Assembly (NCBI RefSeq): GCF_001194135.2
Contig: NC_068990.1
Location: forward strand, 84,159,634-84,223,633
DNA length: 64,000 bases
DNA from: Octopus bimaculoides
Taxonomy: Eukaryota
Reading direction: 5' to 3'
Under the pieces are notes generated by a model, which worked only from the letters and a program-made list of their open reading frames with translations, ran no database searches and was not told the origin of the DNA. Of the stretch, positions 14,701 to 27,082 are shown in pieces. Numbering within the stretch: position 1 is the stretch's first letter; each line of letters begins with the position of its first letter. The position numbers were made by a program, and so were the translations under genes.

Positions 14701-17186
14701 TACATACATACATACACAGATGTGTGTATGTGTGTGAATTGATAAGAACCACTAGAGAATACATCAATCAACCATTACAAATATATATACACAAGACAGT
14801 AATTGAAACCTTATTGAAGAACATAATTGAAAAAGACAAGCAAAATATTTAAATGCACACAATCATCATAAAAGAGGAATCCAAAAGGAATGAGAAAATG
14901 ATGAGCATAAATGAAGAACGTAAAAGTACATCAGAAACAAAATGTATCAAGCTCAGGTAACACTGAATTCCAAGTTAACTGGATAAAATCAATTTCTATG
15001 TCCTACTAATCAAAAGACAAGCTATGCATTTTTGTATGGGAAGGAAAATTACATGAGAAGTTGTTTTATTTTAAAGTTTAATGCAATATGGGTTTTAGAT
15101 TAGAATTTAAGAGGAAAATAGTAAAGAAATTATTCTTTCATGGAGAGTAGTTAGGTGTTTAAAGATCTGGACTCACCAGTTCCCACACGGCAATAAACAC
15201 TGACTATAAACAGAGGTACATCTGTATAGCTTGTAATAAAGCTATAGTATTTAAACTTTAAAAGCTGAACATAAAAAAATGTGATCAAGGTTTCAATAAC
15301 ATCAGCTGTACTACATCTGCTAAGCAAACACTGGCTGAATGAGTAATATGTTAGCCTGAAATCTGTGTTCTACAGTGCATGGGAGTGGAGAACATCAGTA
15401 AAGATCTCCACCACACTCAACCCTATTTCATTTACTTAACAGAATGGGTTGGATAAAAGAAATTCAACTAATCAGCGACAGGCTGCAAAACTGACTGAAC
15501 ACGGAAGAGTAATGTGGTTAGACTTCTCACGTAAGAATGAAGGATTGCAGTCCCAATGTAAATAGTATTCATTATCTAAGAAAAATTTAAATGTCCCATT
15601 GCATTACCCATTAAGTTACAGACTGTACTACTGTTATTCTGACCATGCTGTTGTGGCAAGCTACTAAAGAGATGACTGCAGGCTATCAAAGAAGATCACC
15701 CATTGATTACTAATTCTAATATGCAATTTTCATAAATATTTTCCCAATCAACTTCAACTTCATTTATATTTGATTACTTTCTATATATAGGCAGTGGAGT
15801 CAAAGAATTGTTAGAGCATCAAATAAAATGCTTTGCAGTATTTTATCCAGTTCTTCACCTTCTGGGTTCAAATCCAACTAAGGTCAACTTTGCCTTTCAT
15901 CCTTCAATAGTCAATAAAATAAAGTACCAATCCATGGTGGTAAATTGGCAGAATTGTTAAAGCATTGGACAAAATGCCTTGTGCTTTTATAAATTTTTTA
16001 TAGTTTGAGTGTGCCTGTAGCAACAACACTAATGCCTAATTGTATTAGCTCGTCTTTCCCATGAAAAACATCAATGACATATAGAGAAGAGACTAACTGC
16101 ATGGACAAATGCTGGTCATCCATAAAAATTTTTTAAAAAACACATCTAGGCCTGCATCCTAGAGAGGAACTCTCTACATGCATCACCTGATCAGCATGAC
16201 CAACAGGGACCAGGACATATAACTGAAGCCCTTTCAAGACAGCATGATGGTAGAAAAGTAGAAAATCTCTATACAAGTCTCAGATAGAAATTTATTTTTC
16301 TCATACGATACCCAGTGCCATGGAGTCAGTTTAAAAGAACCAAGAAGGCACTAAGCTAATCAAAAACAGAATAGTCACAAATTCCCTACAATTCCAAACA
16401 ATAAAATAGTTTTCAATAATATATAGGAAGAGTTGTCATAGTAATACAGGTTTCACCTCCATGAAATTGAGTAGAAAAAGTTGGCAGAAACCAATCTGGA
16501 TATAACCAAGAACAGTAAAAAGACCAACCAGTTATTGAAACTTGGTGACACATTTATTTATATTCCAATGAAGGCCTTCTGAATCATGATGAAACTATTG
16601 TGTATTTTAAATTATATATTTAAACACTAAAAGCTAATCCTTTCTAAACTATATTTATCCTTATAACTAGTGGTTCTACTGTAATCTCTATAGCATTAAG
16701 TGGTTGACAGATAAATCACTCTATAGGATGCTGCACTATCATGGCAATTTTGTAAATTAAACTCAACTCAGCAATGCTACTTATAGCAATAAATTATACC
16801 ACTTGCAATATTGTGCATGTGGCAGGGAAATGAAAGCACATGACCAAATAACTAGAATGTTGGTCTTGTGAGTTCAATGGTAGATTTGTTTCCTAGACCA
16901 AGTGTCATGTTGTATACTTGCACAAGGCACTTCATTTCCAGTTGCTCAAGTCTACTAAGCTGAAAACAAGTACCAACCCTCTAGAGCTGCCCTCTAGCTC
17001 TCACATACTTAATGTTTTGCTGCGTTCTAGATAAGAGGACCAAGAGAGTATCTATATCTGCTCACGACTTACATAAGTTTCTAAAGCACTTAGCAAAAAC
17101 ATGGCACATGCTGCTAAATCATACTCACACACACACACACACAACTTAGATCTAGAACTCAACTGATGAGAGTTAAATGTCTTGAC

Positions 17187-17518
17187 CAAGCCTGGCCAAC
17201 TCGAATTACATTGTGGGCCACTTTAATCACAGAAAGTTTTTTTGAGGGCTGCTTGTATACTTTATGCACTAAGAGTCAAATAATCAAATTACAGGATCAA
17301 GGTTTTTTTTCATACTTTTTGTTTGTTTAAAATTATAAAATTGTAAGCTATTGCATTATTGCCACTTATAAATTCTTAATTTATTTTGAAATTAATGTTT
17401 TACACAAACAATTTTATTTTGAAATTAAACGCAATACTTCAAGAAAGTATCAAGCGGGCCGCGAGATAAAATTCTGCGGGCCGCATGCAACCCATGGGCC
17501 TCAAGTTGGCCAGCCCTG
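17187..17518. mobile_element. hAT-family MITE (332 bp) with perfect 8-bp TSD
   Basis: TIRs CAAGCCTGGCCAACT and reverse complement CAGGGCTGGCCAACT. Identical GTCTTGAC at 17179-17186 and 17519-17526. Confidence 0.92.
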
Positions 17519-18029
17519 GTCTTGACCATGGATGTATTACAGATTCAGTAACAAGACATGAATGGACAACCTCACTAACTGCATTGCTTACAGTCTTATA
17601 TTGAAACAATAATGGCATTAATTACAGTTTTCAAGTTGCCACACAATCATATAAACTGAAGCATCACATGAAGATTATTGAACAAATAAGTTTTCACACA
17701 TAGAACAATGAAATGAAAATGCCCTATAACTATTTACCAGCAATTTATTTTTCCTACATTTTCATCAGGGTGGTAGAAATAATACCTAGAACGATTTGCA
17801 GTCTTCCCTATACTGGTGAGATTGCTTTAATTGTTCAGACTGAATTTCTGCAAGTAAATCATCATTTTAACGTTCCCTTTTCCAAGCTTGCATGGGTTGG
17901 ACGAAGTTTATTAAGGGCAGATTTTCTACAGCCCTGTGCCCTTTTTCCAAGTAAGACAATATTTCGCCATGTTATGTTTTCACAGAACATTGCAAATGAA
18001 TGACACTGCTAGCATGAGTGACTCTCACT

Positions 18030-18275
18030 CACAACTTTCATGTGATGTCAAAACAAGACAAACGTACACCCACTCACACACAACACACACACAAACAAAC
18101 ATATAAATATATGATGGGGTTCATTCAGTTTCTTTCTACCAAGTCCACTCACAAGGCATTGGTCAGCTCAGGGTCACAGTAAAAGACACTCACCCAAGAT
18201 GCCACACTGTGGGACTGAACCTACAACCATATGGTTGGGAAGGAAGCTCTTTAATCACACAACCATACCTGTGTT
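18030..18275 (-). mobile_element. SINE copy, same family
   Basis: ctaccaagtccactcacaaggcattggtcagc..gccacactgtgggactgaacc. Confidence 0.75.
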
Positions 18276-18447
18276 TATAGCTTAGAGAATAACCACTGGA
18301 AAGAAACTTATTTCAGAAGATACACAAATGTCAGAGAGTAGAGCAGGTTTTTTTTTCTTTTGTTTTTTGGAGGGAGACATTAAGAATAATTGAAAGAGGA
18401 GTAGAATCAGCAGAAAATCTTCATTTCATTTTTTTGTTTTCATGAAT

Positions 18448-18513
18448 CATTTTGAGGGCAGATCAACAGATCCACATTTTGAGGGCAGATCAATCATTTT
18501 GAGGGCAGATCAA
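18448..18513. repeat. Three copies of CATTTTGAGGGCAGATCAA
   Basis: Copies start at 18448, 18475 and 18495. Confidence 0.95.
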
Positions 18514-19839
18514 CTCTATCAGTGTCAAGTTTTCACAAAACTATCACAAGAAGACCACGGATACAAAAAGTGAAATGAACAAGTTTAAACATAAATCCAA
18601 TCTCTGCTACAGACTAAACTCAGCAGCAGTTCTGCCACCACTCGGTTCTCACACATGGAACATAATACACACATGAACATTATCTTCCCTAATTGAACAC
18701 TATTGAGAAAATTATTAAGTTTGTATTGTACTTTGTAGCAATATGTTAATGTAACAAGACCCACAAATTACTTGAATGGCACCAATATATAGTATGAGTA
18801 ACAAATTAACTTTCAATTTATTAAGTAATGGTATTATTTAAACATGTCCTCAACATTGATCATTAAGATCAATTATAATAAAGCTTTGAAACATTAGATT
18901 TCAATTTGCGTACCTAAAGCCATGCTTACACTGCTTTCACATGCTTCAAAATAACATACAATTTTCTTTATTCCCATTTAACTTAAGTGGAAATGCTTTA
19001 TTCATATATTAACCTTTTTACCTGTCCTGTCTGTTTATCACTTGGGATACACAGGGCAGGACATATTTCCCAGGTGTCCATACATCATATATAATATACT
19101 TTCCCAATTTTTTTTTTCAACCTACCAAGTAACTTGGGACTTATGAAAGGAAAGTGTAATATTAACTCAGAACATATGAAACAAGGACTAACTAAATGTC
19201 TGGAAACAAGCATAGACATATAAGGCAAACTCCATTAAAAAACTTTTAGAAATAAAAAAAAAAGATGAATTAAATTGTCTTACACAGAAACAAGAAAGTG
19301 TCAGTAAATAAAATTTGAAATCATGACCCATCAACTCAGTCATTTCACATCCAGGAATTTAGATAAAATTATAAAATAGAATAAGGCAAGATGTGACTTG
19401 AAAAATACAGCTATTGAAAATACTACTGTTATCAATAGTCAACTACATCAGGGACTGTGTAGCTACTACTTCGACAGATAACGATAACAAATTCTTTGTA
19501 GCATAATATAAAAATTATTTGCAGAGGCGCAACAGATACCATTTTGTTTCAGAGAATATCAATAACTGCCTGCTTACAGACTGAACATTTTACATAAAGT
19601 AGATATCAATTCAGTTTTATTACTCCATATGGCATGATGTGAAATGAAATCTTCAATCTGAAATAGTCAAATTAACTAAACAAGCAGTTTCAGATAATAA
19701 AACAATAAAAAGAGTAAAGCAGTTTTTTTTTTTTTTAAATTCCATATTAGCTTCAGTTGGAGCTATGTAAGTAAATATGTTGGTGATTCCATTGTATAAA
19801 ATGTATCTTAAGGTAAGTTAAGCTATGTGAAGTTACACA

Positions 19840-19952
19840 TCTTGCCAGCTATATTACTGAAAGGAGTTGAATGCAGTACTGCAAGGTCAGCTAGGTGGAA
19901 TCCCATCTCTTGCCAGCTGTATTATTGAGCAGAGTTGAATGCAGTACTACAA
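19840..19952. repeat. Two diverged 45-bp direct repeats separated by 23 bp
   Basis: tcttgccagct(a/g)tatta(c/t)tga..gagttgaatgcagtact(g/a)caa at 19840-19884 and 19908-19952. Confidence 0.9.
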
Positions 19953-21770
19953 CCTTTGAAAACATTTGGCAAATGTACAGTTGTTCTACCACAGCAGTGA
20001 GTTGAACCTATTTGCCGTTAATTGAAAATTAACAGTCACAGTTCAGTGGCACAAAGAGATTCATAACAATAGAATGCTTTACCCTTCACTATGCACTTGC
20101 ATCCACCATACATTTAAATAGGTGAAAAATATCTAAAATGTGATGCCGATTGATGACAGTGTATGTTACTGTTGTTTGATCAGACCTCTTGTAATTGAAT
20201 GTTTGAGAACCACTCATGTTCAATGCAGAATGCCAGATGCCAGGCTCCAGTTTGGTCAAAGACAATGCTTATCATTGTCAGGCAGTTAGTTTATTTGTTA
20301 TGTGTCCCCCTCCGTGTTTGATTCAACACTGTTCACTGATCCATTCTCAGCATGCAGGTTGTTTACAACAACTATTAGTACAACAGGCTCAGTTGATACA
20401 AGGTATCAGATTTATTGTGATTATTATTCTAAATGATTGGGAAATTGATGAAGCAGCTATATTATTAGTGTGGATGTGTGTTTTGTGCTTGCTTCAAGTA
20501 TCACAAAGAGTAGACTTAGTAGTATAGTAATATAGTACTGTTCTGGAATGTTGTAAATATTGTTTCAAATCAGTTAGTATCCACAAAGGAAAACATTTGC
20601 TTTTTTTCCTTGTTGGGAATCAATACATATGGTGTTGGCCATCATAACAAGCTGAACTGTTTTAAATAGCTTGCAGTTCATTAGGGTTTGTCAACAACAC
20701 ACACACACACACAGTTTGTAAAATAGTGTCAGGTTTCCATCACCTTTTTTTTCCAATCAGTACTTATTCAATGTTAGATCAACTTCTTCACTGATTATTA
20801 TCCTGAGTGAGTTGCATGAAAGACATTTTCCAATAGTATTTGATGTGATGAATAGACATCAAAACTTTTTTAAGTGCAGGATGTGAAAACTAGTACATGG
20901 TAAAGAATGAAGCTTTATAGTCCAATTTGCGAGCACTGTCATAGCTATGACCAACTTTTGTAGAACCAAAATTCATGTATGGTTGGTGCTGAAGACATTT
21001 ATGAGTAGTGTGATGTGAAAAGATGTGGCTGCTATGTTATCAATATTACACATACAGATTGTTTTTATAGCTACTTAAATTTATAAAATGTAATAAGTTA
21101 ACCTAAAACAATACTGATTTCTCTTAACTAAACACAAAGCTAACATTTCAGCAATTTCATATTAATTTCTTGTACTAGGACGCTATTACAACAATATATG
21201 TATAAAGTCAAGTGAAATTGTACCCAGTACAAACCAAACATTTTTTCTTATTAACTTTTATGGAATTTCAACTCGTAATACAAAGACAAAACAGAATCCT
21301 AACAGTCAAGTTTCCCACTGCTTCTCTCAACTCATTGACAATATCTGATAGAAATTTTGAGAATGGATTGATCCAGTCATTTTTTCCTTACAATTACTAC
21401 ATTACAATTACTATCATCTCACATTTTTCCAACTCACTAAAATTTTCATTTATTACTAAAATCTACTACAAAGTTTTAATCATGTTATTGAGTGTATATT
21501 TTACATAAAATCATAAAAATGATATATATTTTTTCAAGTGAATCAAAATCAACCTGTTCGCTGGTTAGACATTCATTGTAACAAGCATTTAATCTAGCTA
21601 TAAATAGTACTTGTACAGATTGGCTATGAGTAACGACCTCCCAAACTAGTATTAAGAGAACTTAGTTGACAACTACTGTCAAACAGAAAAGTTTAGCCAT
21701 GACCGAGAAAAGACTAAATATAAGGTTATAACAAACTCTTTACATGCCAAACTGCTTCCAGCCTTACCAT

Positions 21771-21898
21771 TGTCACACTGTATTAACATGACCGAACCTA
21801 CACACTGTCACGCTGTATTAACAACCTACCTGATATTACCCACCGTCACACTATATTAACATCATAACTGAAACTGTCCATTGTGACACTGTGTTAAC
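21771..21898. repeat. Four 17-bp TGTCACACTGTATTAAC-like repeats with dissimilar 18-21-bp spacers
   Basis: Repeats start at 21771, 21806, 21844 and 21882. Confidence 0.85.
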
Positions 21899-23627
21899 CA
21901 GTTGGGGGCTGCCCACCCTCACATGTTACTTGTCCTGCTATTAAAAACATGGTCCGTAACTATTTAAACACATAATACACCAGGCTTATTTGGTTCTTAA
22001 TTTATGTATCACAAGGTGGAATATATCACTACATTATTATGAAAATTGATTGAAACATAGGCAAAGTTTCATTGTCTAAAGATACGGAGAGCAAAGATGG
22101 CAAATTAATGGAATATCAGGCCAATCAGCCAAAAATATTAACAAGCATTTCATTATCTTCTAGTGGTAAGTTCAACTCTTCAAGAGAGAATACCATGGAC
22201 ATGGATGGACACCAACAGGAAAATTTCACTGAACACATACTAAATGAAGATGAAATCTGCTGTAGTTCACCTGTAGTACAATACAAAACATCACTGATTA
22301 TTTGATTAGGGTAAATCAAAACATAATTTTTAACAATTACAACTGTTGCAAATAACTAAACAAAACATTTACAAGCAAAAAATAGTTTGTATTTGTATTA
22401 TTTATACCGATTTTTTTCTCTTTCATAATTTAGTCATAAAGGAAGCAGTATTCATGACCTTTCCAAAGAATCCAAGACTAATGGGAGGGAGGGAGACAGG
22501 TATCCTTAAACTAAAGTCTTGGTCCAAATACTTGCATCAGAGTGAACTCCACTAAGGATACCCACTGACCAGATGATGGTTTTCAACTGGGTGACAGATT
22601 AAGTCTACCATCCAAGTAATCCATGACAAGATTTGAACACAAAACGCAAAAAAGCCAGAACAGATATAGCAAAGTATCCAATTCAACACTCTAGGAATTT
22701 CTTCCAACACTAACTCTTGTGCCAATTCACAAATATCTCTTAAGCAGTTATTTACTCGTAAAAGAGTTAAAAACAATTTTAATTTTCTTTTCCTTGAGAT
22801 TTACTGTCTTTCTATCTTTAAAATTTACTACATTAATTTGTAAGTGAGTCTTCGGTTTTTAATTAGAAATCATTTCAAAAGAAAATTTTCTAACAATTAC
22901 CCACTGGCCTTTCCAACTTCACAGAACTATGTATGTATGCACATGTATGAGAGAGAGAGAGCATATGTGTGAGAAAGACTATGTATATCTATGTTATAAA
23001 TGGTGTATTTAATGTGCACATACACACAGCTTCATTCACAAACTTCATTTTTTTTAATGTTAAATTATCTCAGATTTATAGTTTTTTTTAATGCTCAATA
23101 CATTAAATATACTTTTATTCACTTAACTAATATTTATTATACAGATGATAGGCATCTCAGAATTGTTTAATTTTTAGACTGAGAAAGTATTAAGTTTTTA
23201 GTTCAACAATTTCATTTAAGTTTTAAATATTCTTTTTAGATTAAGAAGCTTGCTCTGCAACCACATGGTTAGCTGAGTGGTTCAGCAAAGAAGGCAAACA
23301 AAATAAGTAGAAGACTTAAAAATAAGACTGCAGTTAATTTGTTCACTTAAAACCTTCAAGGCAGTGCCCCAGCATGGCTACAGTCCAATGACTGAAACAA
23401 GTAGAAAAAAAAAATGAGAAGTGAATTTCAACCAAAACACACAGACAGACAGAGCGCATGTGTTTAGCTACACAGTGCAACAGCTAATTCCTTGTGAACA
23501 AATCAGAGATTGATTTCAAGACCTCCATGATATAATTTCATGCCTCTTCTCTTCACCTTTAGGATTTATCAGATACAGTAGAAAAGAAACCACCCTATGA
23601 TACATACTTTGTCACATGGATTAAGAT

Positions 23628-24632
23628 ATCATTATCAATCATCATTTAGCATCCATTTTCCATGCTGCCGTGTGTTGGGCAAAGCATGTTGGTCATAGTT
23701 AGAACACTAGCCGAAGTTCCCTCAACTGTTAGGGAGTGGCACTTTTTCACGCAGCTATCCCCATCCATTCTCACCACATGTCCATACCAGCGCAATCGTC
23801 TCTCTTGCACACCACAACTGATGCTTCTAATGTTCAGCTTTTCTCTCAAGATACTTACACTCTGACGGGTATTCACATTGACATTACACATCCAACGGAG
23901 CATACTGGCTTCATTCCTTGCGAGCTTACGTATGTCCTCAGCAGTTACAGCCCATGTTTCACTGCCATGTAGCATGGCTGTTCATACACATGCGTCATAC
24001 AGTCTGCCTTTTACTCTGAGTGAGAGGCCCTTTGTCNNNNNNNNNNNNNNNNNNNNNNNNNNNNNNNNNNNNNNNNNNNNNNNNNNNNNNNNNNNNNNNN
24101 NNNNNNNNNNNNNNNNNNNNNNNNNNNNNNNNNNNNNNNNNNNNNNNNNNNNNNNNNNNNNNNNNNNNNNNNNNNNNNNNNNNNNNNNNNNNNNNNNNNN
24201 NNNNNNNNNNNNNNNNNNNNNNNNNNNNNNNNNNNNNNNNNNNNNNNNNNNNNNNNNNNNNNNNNNNNNNNNNNNNNNNNNNNNNNNNNNNNNNNNNNNN
24301 NNNNNNNNNNNNNNNNNNNNNNNNNNNNNNNNNCTGAACATCTGCCACAAACAAAAACTAACTTCCTAGTTAACCTGCCTTTGATGTTGCTGCACCTCTT
24401 ATGTGTCCGTAGCTTGCACTGGGTACATCTTATAGAGTTACTACCTACTCCTTTTCTACATACTGAGCAGGGCCATCTACCTGAAGGGGTTTGTGTTTTA
24501 TCTACCTTCCTACTTATTAGGATTTTGGTTTTAGCTAGGTTGACTCTAAGGCCCTTCAATTCTAGACCTTGCTTCCACACCTGAAACTTCTCCTCTAGTT
24601 CTGATAGTGACTCCGCAATTAGGGCAAGGTCA
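23628..24632 (-). mobile_element. RTE-clade LINE fragment (RT C-terminus to 3' end), interrupted by a gap
   Basis: DLALIAESLSELEEKFQVWKQGLELKGLRVNLAKTK..CSVCRKGVGSNSIRCTQC and MLHGSETWAVT..RNEASMLRWMC..RRLRWYGHVVRM. 5' truncation falls inside the YADD motif next to (TA)n. Confidence 0.92.
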
Positions 24633-24654
24633 TATATATATATATATATATATA

Positions 24655-25360
24655 CACACCTTCTATACCAGCCTCACCTTAGCATATATCTAGAACAGAA
24701 TTTGAAGATATTTTACAAATATCAAACTCAACCTCCACAAGACAAGATATTTAAAATCCCTACATACTAATCAAATTGCTTAGAAAGCAATGAACACCCA
24801 GAGAGAAACATAAGCATACAACCTTAAACTCAAACAACTTTCTATATTAACAAAACTATGACACACCTGACTAATAACCCCAACCTTAAAACGAAAATAA
24901 GAAATAGTCTAAATAACAAGTAAAGAAATGACAAACTTACTGCCCACCTACATTATTTTATGAAAAAAAAAGTTAATACATCCAATTACTAAGGATTTAA
25001 ATACTAGACTTTACACCTTTGGCCTTTACATTGTCAAAGCAGAAAGATGAAGTCCAATAATATCAAAAGTAATAAAAATACTGTCGCACCTTGTGCCTAC
25101 CTAATGAAAAAAAACACCTACAGGCTTATTTACAAAGTTCTACATGCATAAATAAATTCTAAAAAAAATAACATAACTCCACAGTTAATCAACTAAAATT
25201 TTATCCAAAACATCTTTCCATAACAACCAACCATAAAAACCTAATTATCACCTCACTCAAATCCACACACCCAAAGATGATTTTAACTCAACAGAGACAA
25301 GACTAACTCTAATGCATTGCAGTCAGACAACAGCTCAGCAGGCCGAAACTTCAAAGACTA
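24655..25360 (+). mobile_element. Probable Penelope-like element relic (3' end)
   Basis: A/C-rich decayed sequence with CRTLCLPNEK (CxLCLxEK-like PLE C-terminus) and a terminal GGCCGAAAC motif. Confidence 0.4.
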
Positions 25361-25528
25361 AGAATATTCTACAAAAGTATAGAGTAATCCATCAGATTAA
25401 TGTAAAATTGTTTTTATTATAAATGAACATGAAAAAAAAAAATTTATATATATATGACTGCTTTTTATCTCTCCCAAAAACCTTGAAACAAACATTATTT
25501 GCAGGCCTTCATTTCAATGCCATCAATC

Positions 25529-25614
25529 AGTGTTTCAATATTACATCATAACCCAGCATATTACAAATATTACAAAATTAGTGTTTCAATAATACATCAT
25601 AACCCAGCATATTA
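25529..25614. repeat. About 35-bp direct duplication
   Basis: agtgtttcaata(t/a)tacatcataacccagcatatta occurs twice. Confidence 0.9.
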
Positions 25615-26189
25615 ACCACACAAATTTTACTACATGTCTTTCTCTTTAATAACCACTGACTACAACCTATGGACTTTTCCTCCTATGTAGACAATAACAG
25701 GAAGCATGCTTACAGATAATTGATATTTTCTTTTTTTTTTTAGTTTCAGTAATGCCAGCTTGTAACACTGAAACTGTTACAAATCTCCAAAACATTTCAC
25801 AAGTTTTTCAATTAATTTTGGTAATTGCATTTTGAAATGTAATGAAAAAATAAATAAGTAACCTACAGCTGTGAAATAAAATGAAGATTGTCCAGAACTC
25901 CACAACATTGGAAAGTATTGCAAGTGAATTTCAGATAACTATTGTAATATTACACTGAAATTCTTAGGATAAGTGAAAGAAAATACAATACTAGTGAAAA
26001 GCCAGAATAACATTTCAATACAGAGTTGTCAGGCTGATTAGAATGAGTTAATTTATTTCACTTAAATACCTGTCTTTTGTTTTGGAGATTTTCAAATCAA
26101 TCCTAATACCAACTTTATTGAGACCGGTGGTGGGGTGGGATTAAATTGGTACCAACAGCAGTTCAACAGATTAATCAGTGTAGATTACT

Positions 26190-26407
26190 TTAATCCTTTA
26201 GCATTCAGATTATTCTGTCAAATCTATGTGAATGCTTATTTATTCACATTGTTTCGAACAAGTCATCTTGCAGCTTTGAGATTTTCATGATGTGGATTGC
26301 TTATTTTAAAAAAGACATTGTAGGATGGGTGTGAGAGGTTGCATCTGGCTGGTTTAAACATAAAACAAGTAGAATATCTATGGTTGGTTTGGATGTTAGA
26401 GGGTTAA
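26190..26407. mobile_element. piggyBac-type MITE, same family
   Basis: TTAATCCTTTAGCATTCAGATTA ... GATGTTAGAGGGTTAA, with shared internal sequence. Confidence 0.78.
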
Positions 26408-26962
26408 GCACATGAGTCTAACTCAAAATAGCCCCCTACTTCTAAATAACCAAAAACAGTCTTTGAGAGCACATCATAATGTTTGTTCTGTATAATTATC
26501 ATTCTTTTTCCACTAAGAATATGCACTTCTCTGTAATTCTTTCTATATGTATATCACACCATCACTTACCATAAGGTACTAACCAAATATTAACTGTACT
26601 AACTTCACCCAATAATCACTTTCCCACCAAAGCTAAAACACTGCCCATTCTCCTCAGATATATGGAAATATATAAACAAATGTACATCTATATTTGTATG
26701 CTAACATGAAAAAGGACATTAATTATTTAAACATTCACTCAACCAGCTTAATGAATGCTTTCCATACTGTTTAGTGCAAAAACAAAACAGAAAAAAAAAA
26801 TCACCACCCCCACACTTAAGCCAGAATTACATGGGTCTGCAATAGGCACATTACCATGAGTATTCATCATCTCTTCTGTGAAGCCTAATGTCCTGAGATC
26901 TATTACATCTATCCCCATTTATTCAGAGGGTTTGGTTTAAATAAATAACAGTAATAACACAC

Positions 26963-27082
26963 TTTGTAAATGGAGTGAATGGTAGATTCATTGACACCAT
27001 GCTCATAGCCCACATCAACAAAGCTTCCACAGCCATGTATCTTCTTGATCATCTCTACCTTTTCTTGTAGAGAGTACACTGG
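26963..27082 (-). mobile_element. Tigger/pogo (CENP-B-like) N-terminal HTH relic
   Basis: PVYSLQEKVEMIKKIHGCGSFVDVGYEHGVNESTIHSIYK fits the psq-type HTH pattern (L.EK.EII..........G..YGV.ESTV..I). No start codon or downstream catalytic domain. Confidence 0.6.

Noticed and set aside
20216-20527. 103-aa + strand ORF and an exon-like minus-strand reading
   Set aside because: No domain similarity, and all minus-strand frames are interrupted.
21771-21898. CRISPR-like repeat-spacer look
   Set aside because: Eukaryotic intron, repeats too short and degenerate, no cas genes. Reported as a repeat instead.
22072-22305. 77-aa + strand ORF with an internal G|GTAAGT donor
   Set aside because: Weak acceptor, antisense to the host gene, no recognisable domain.
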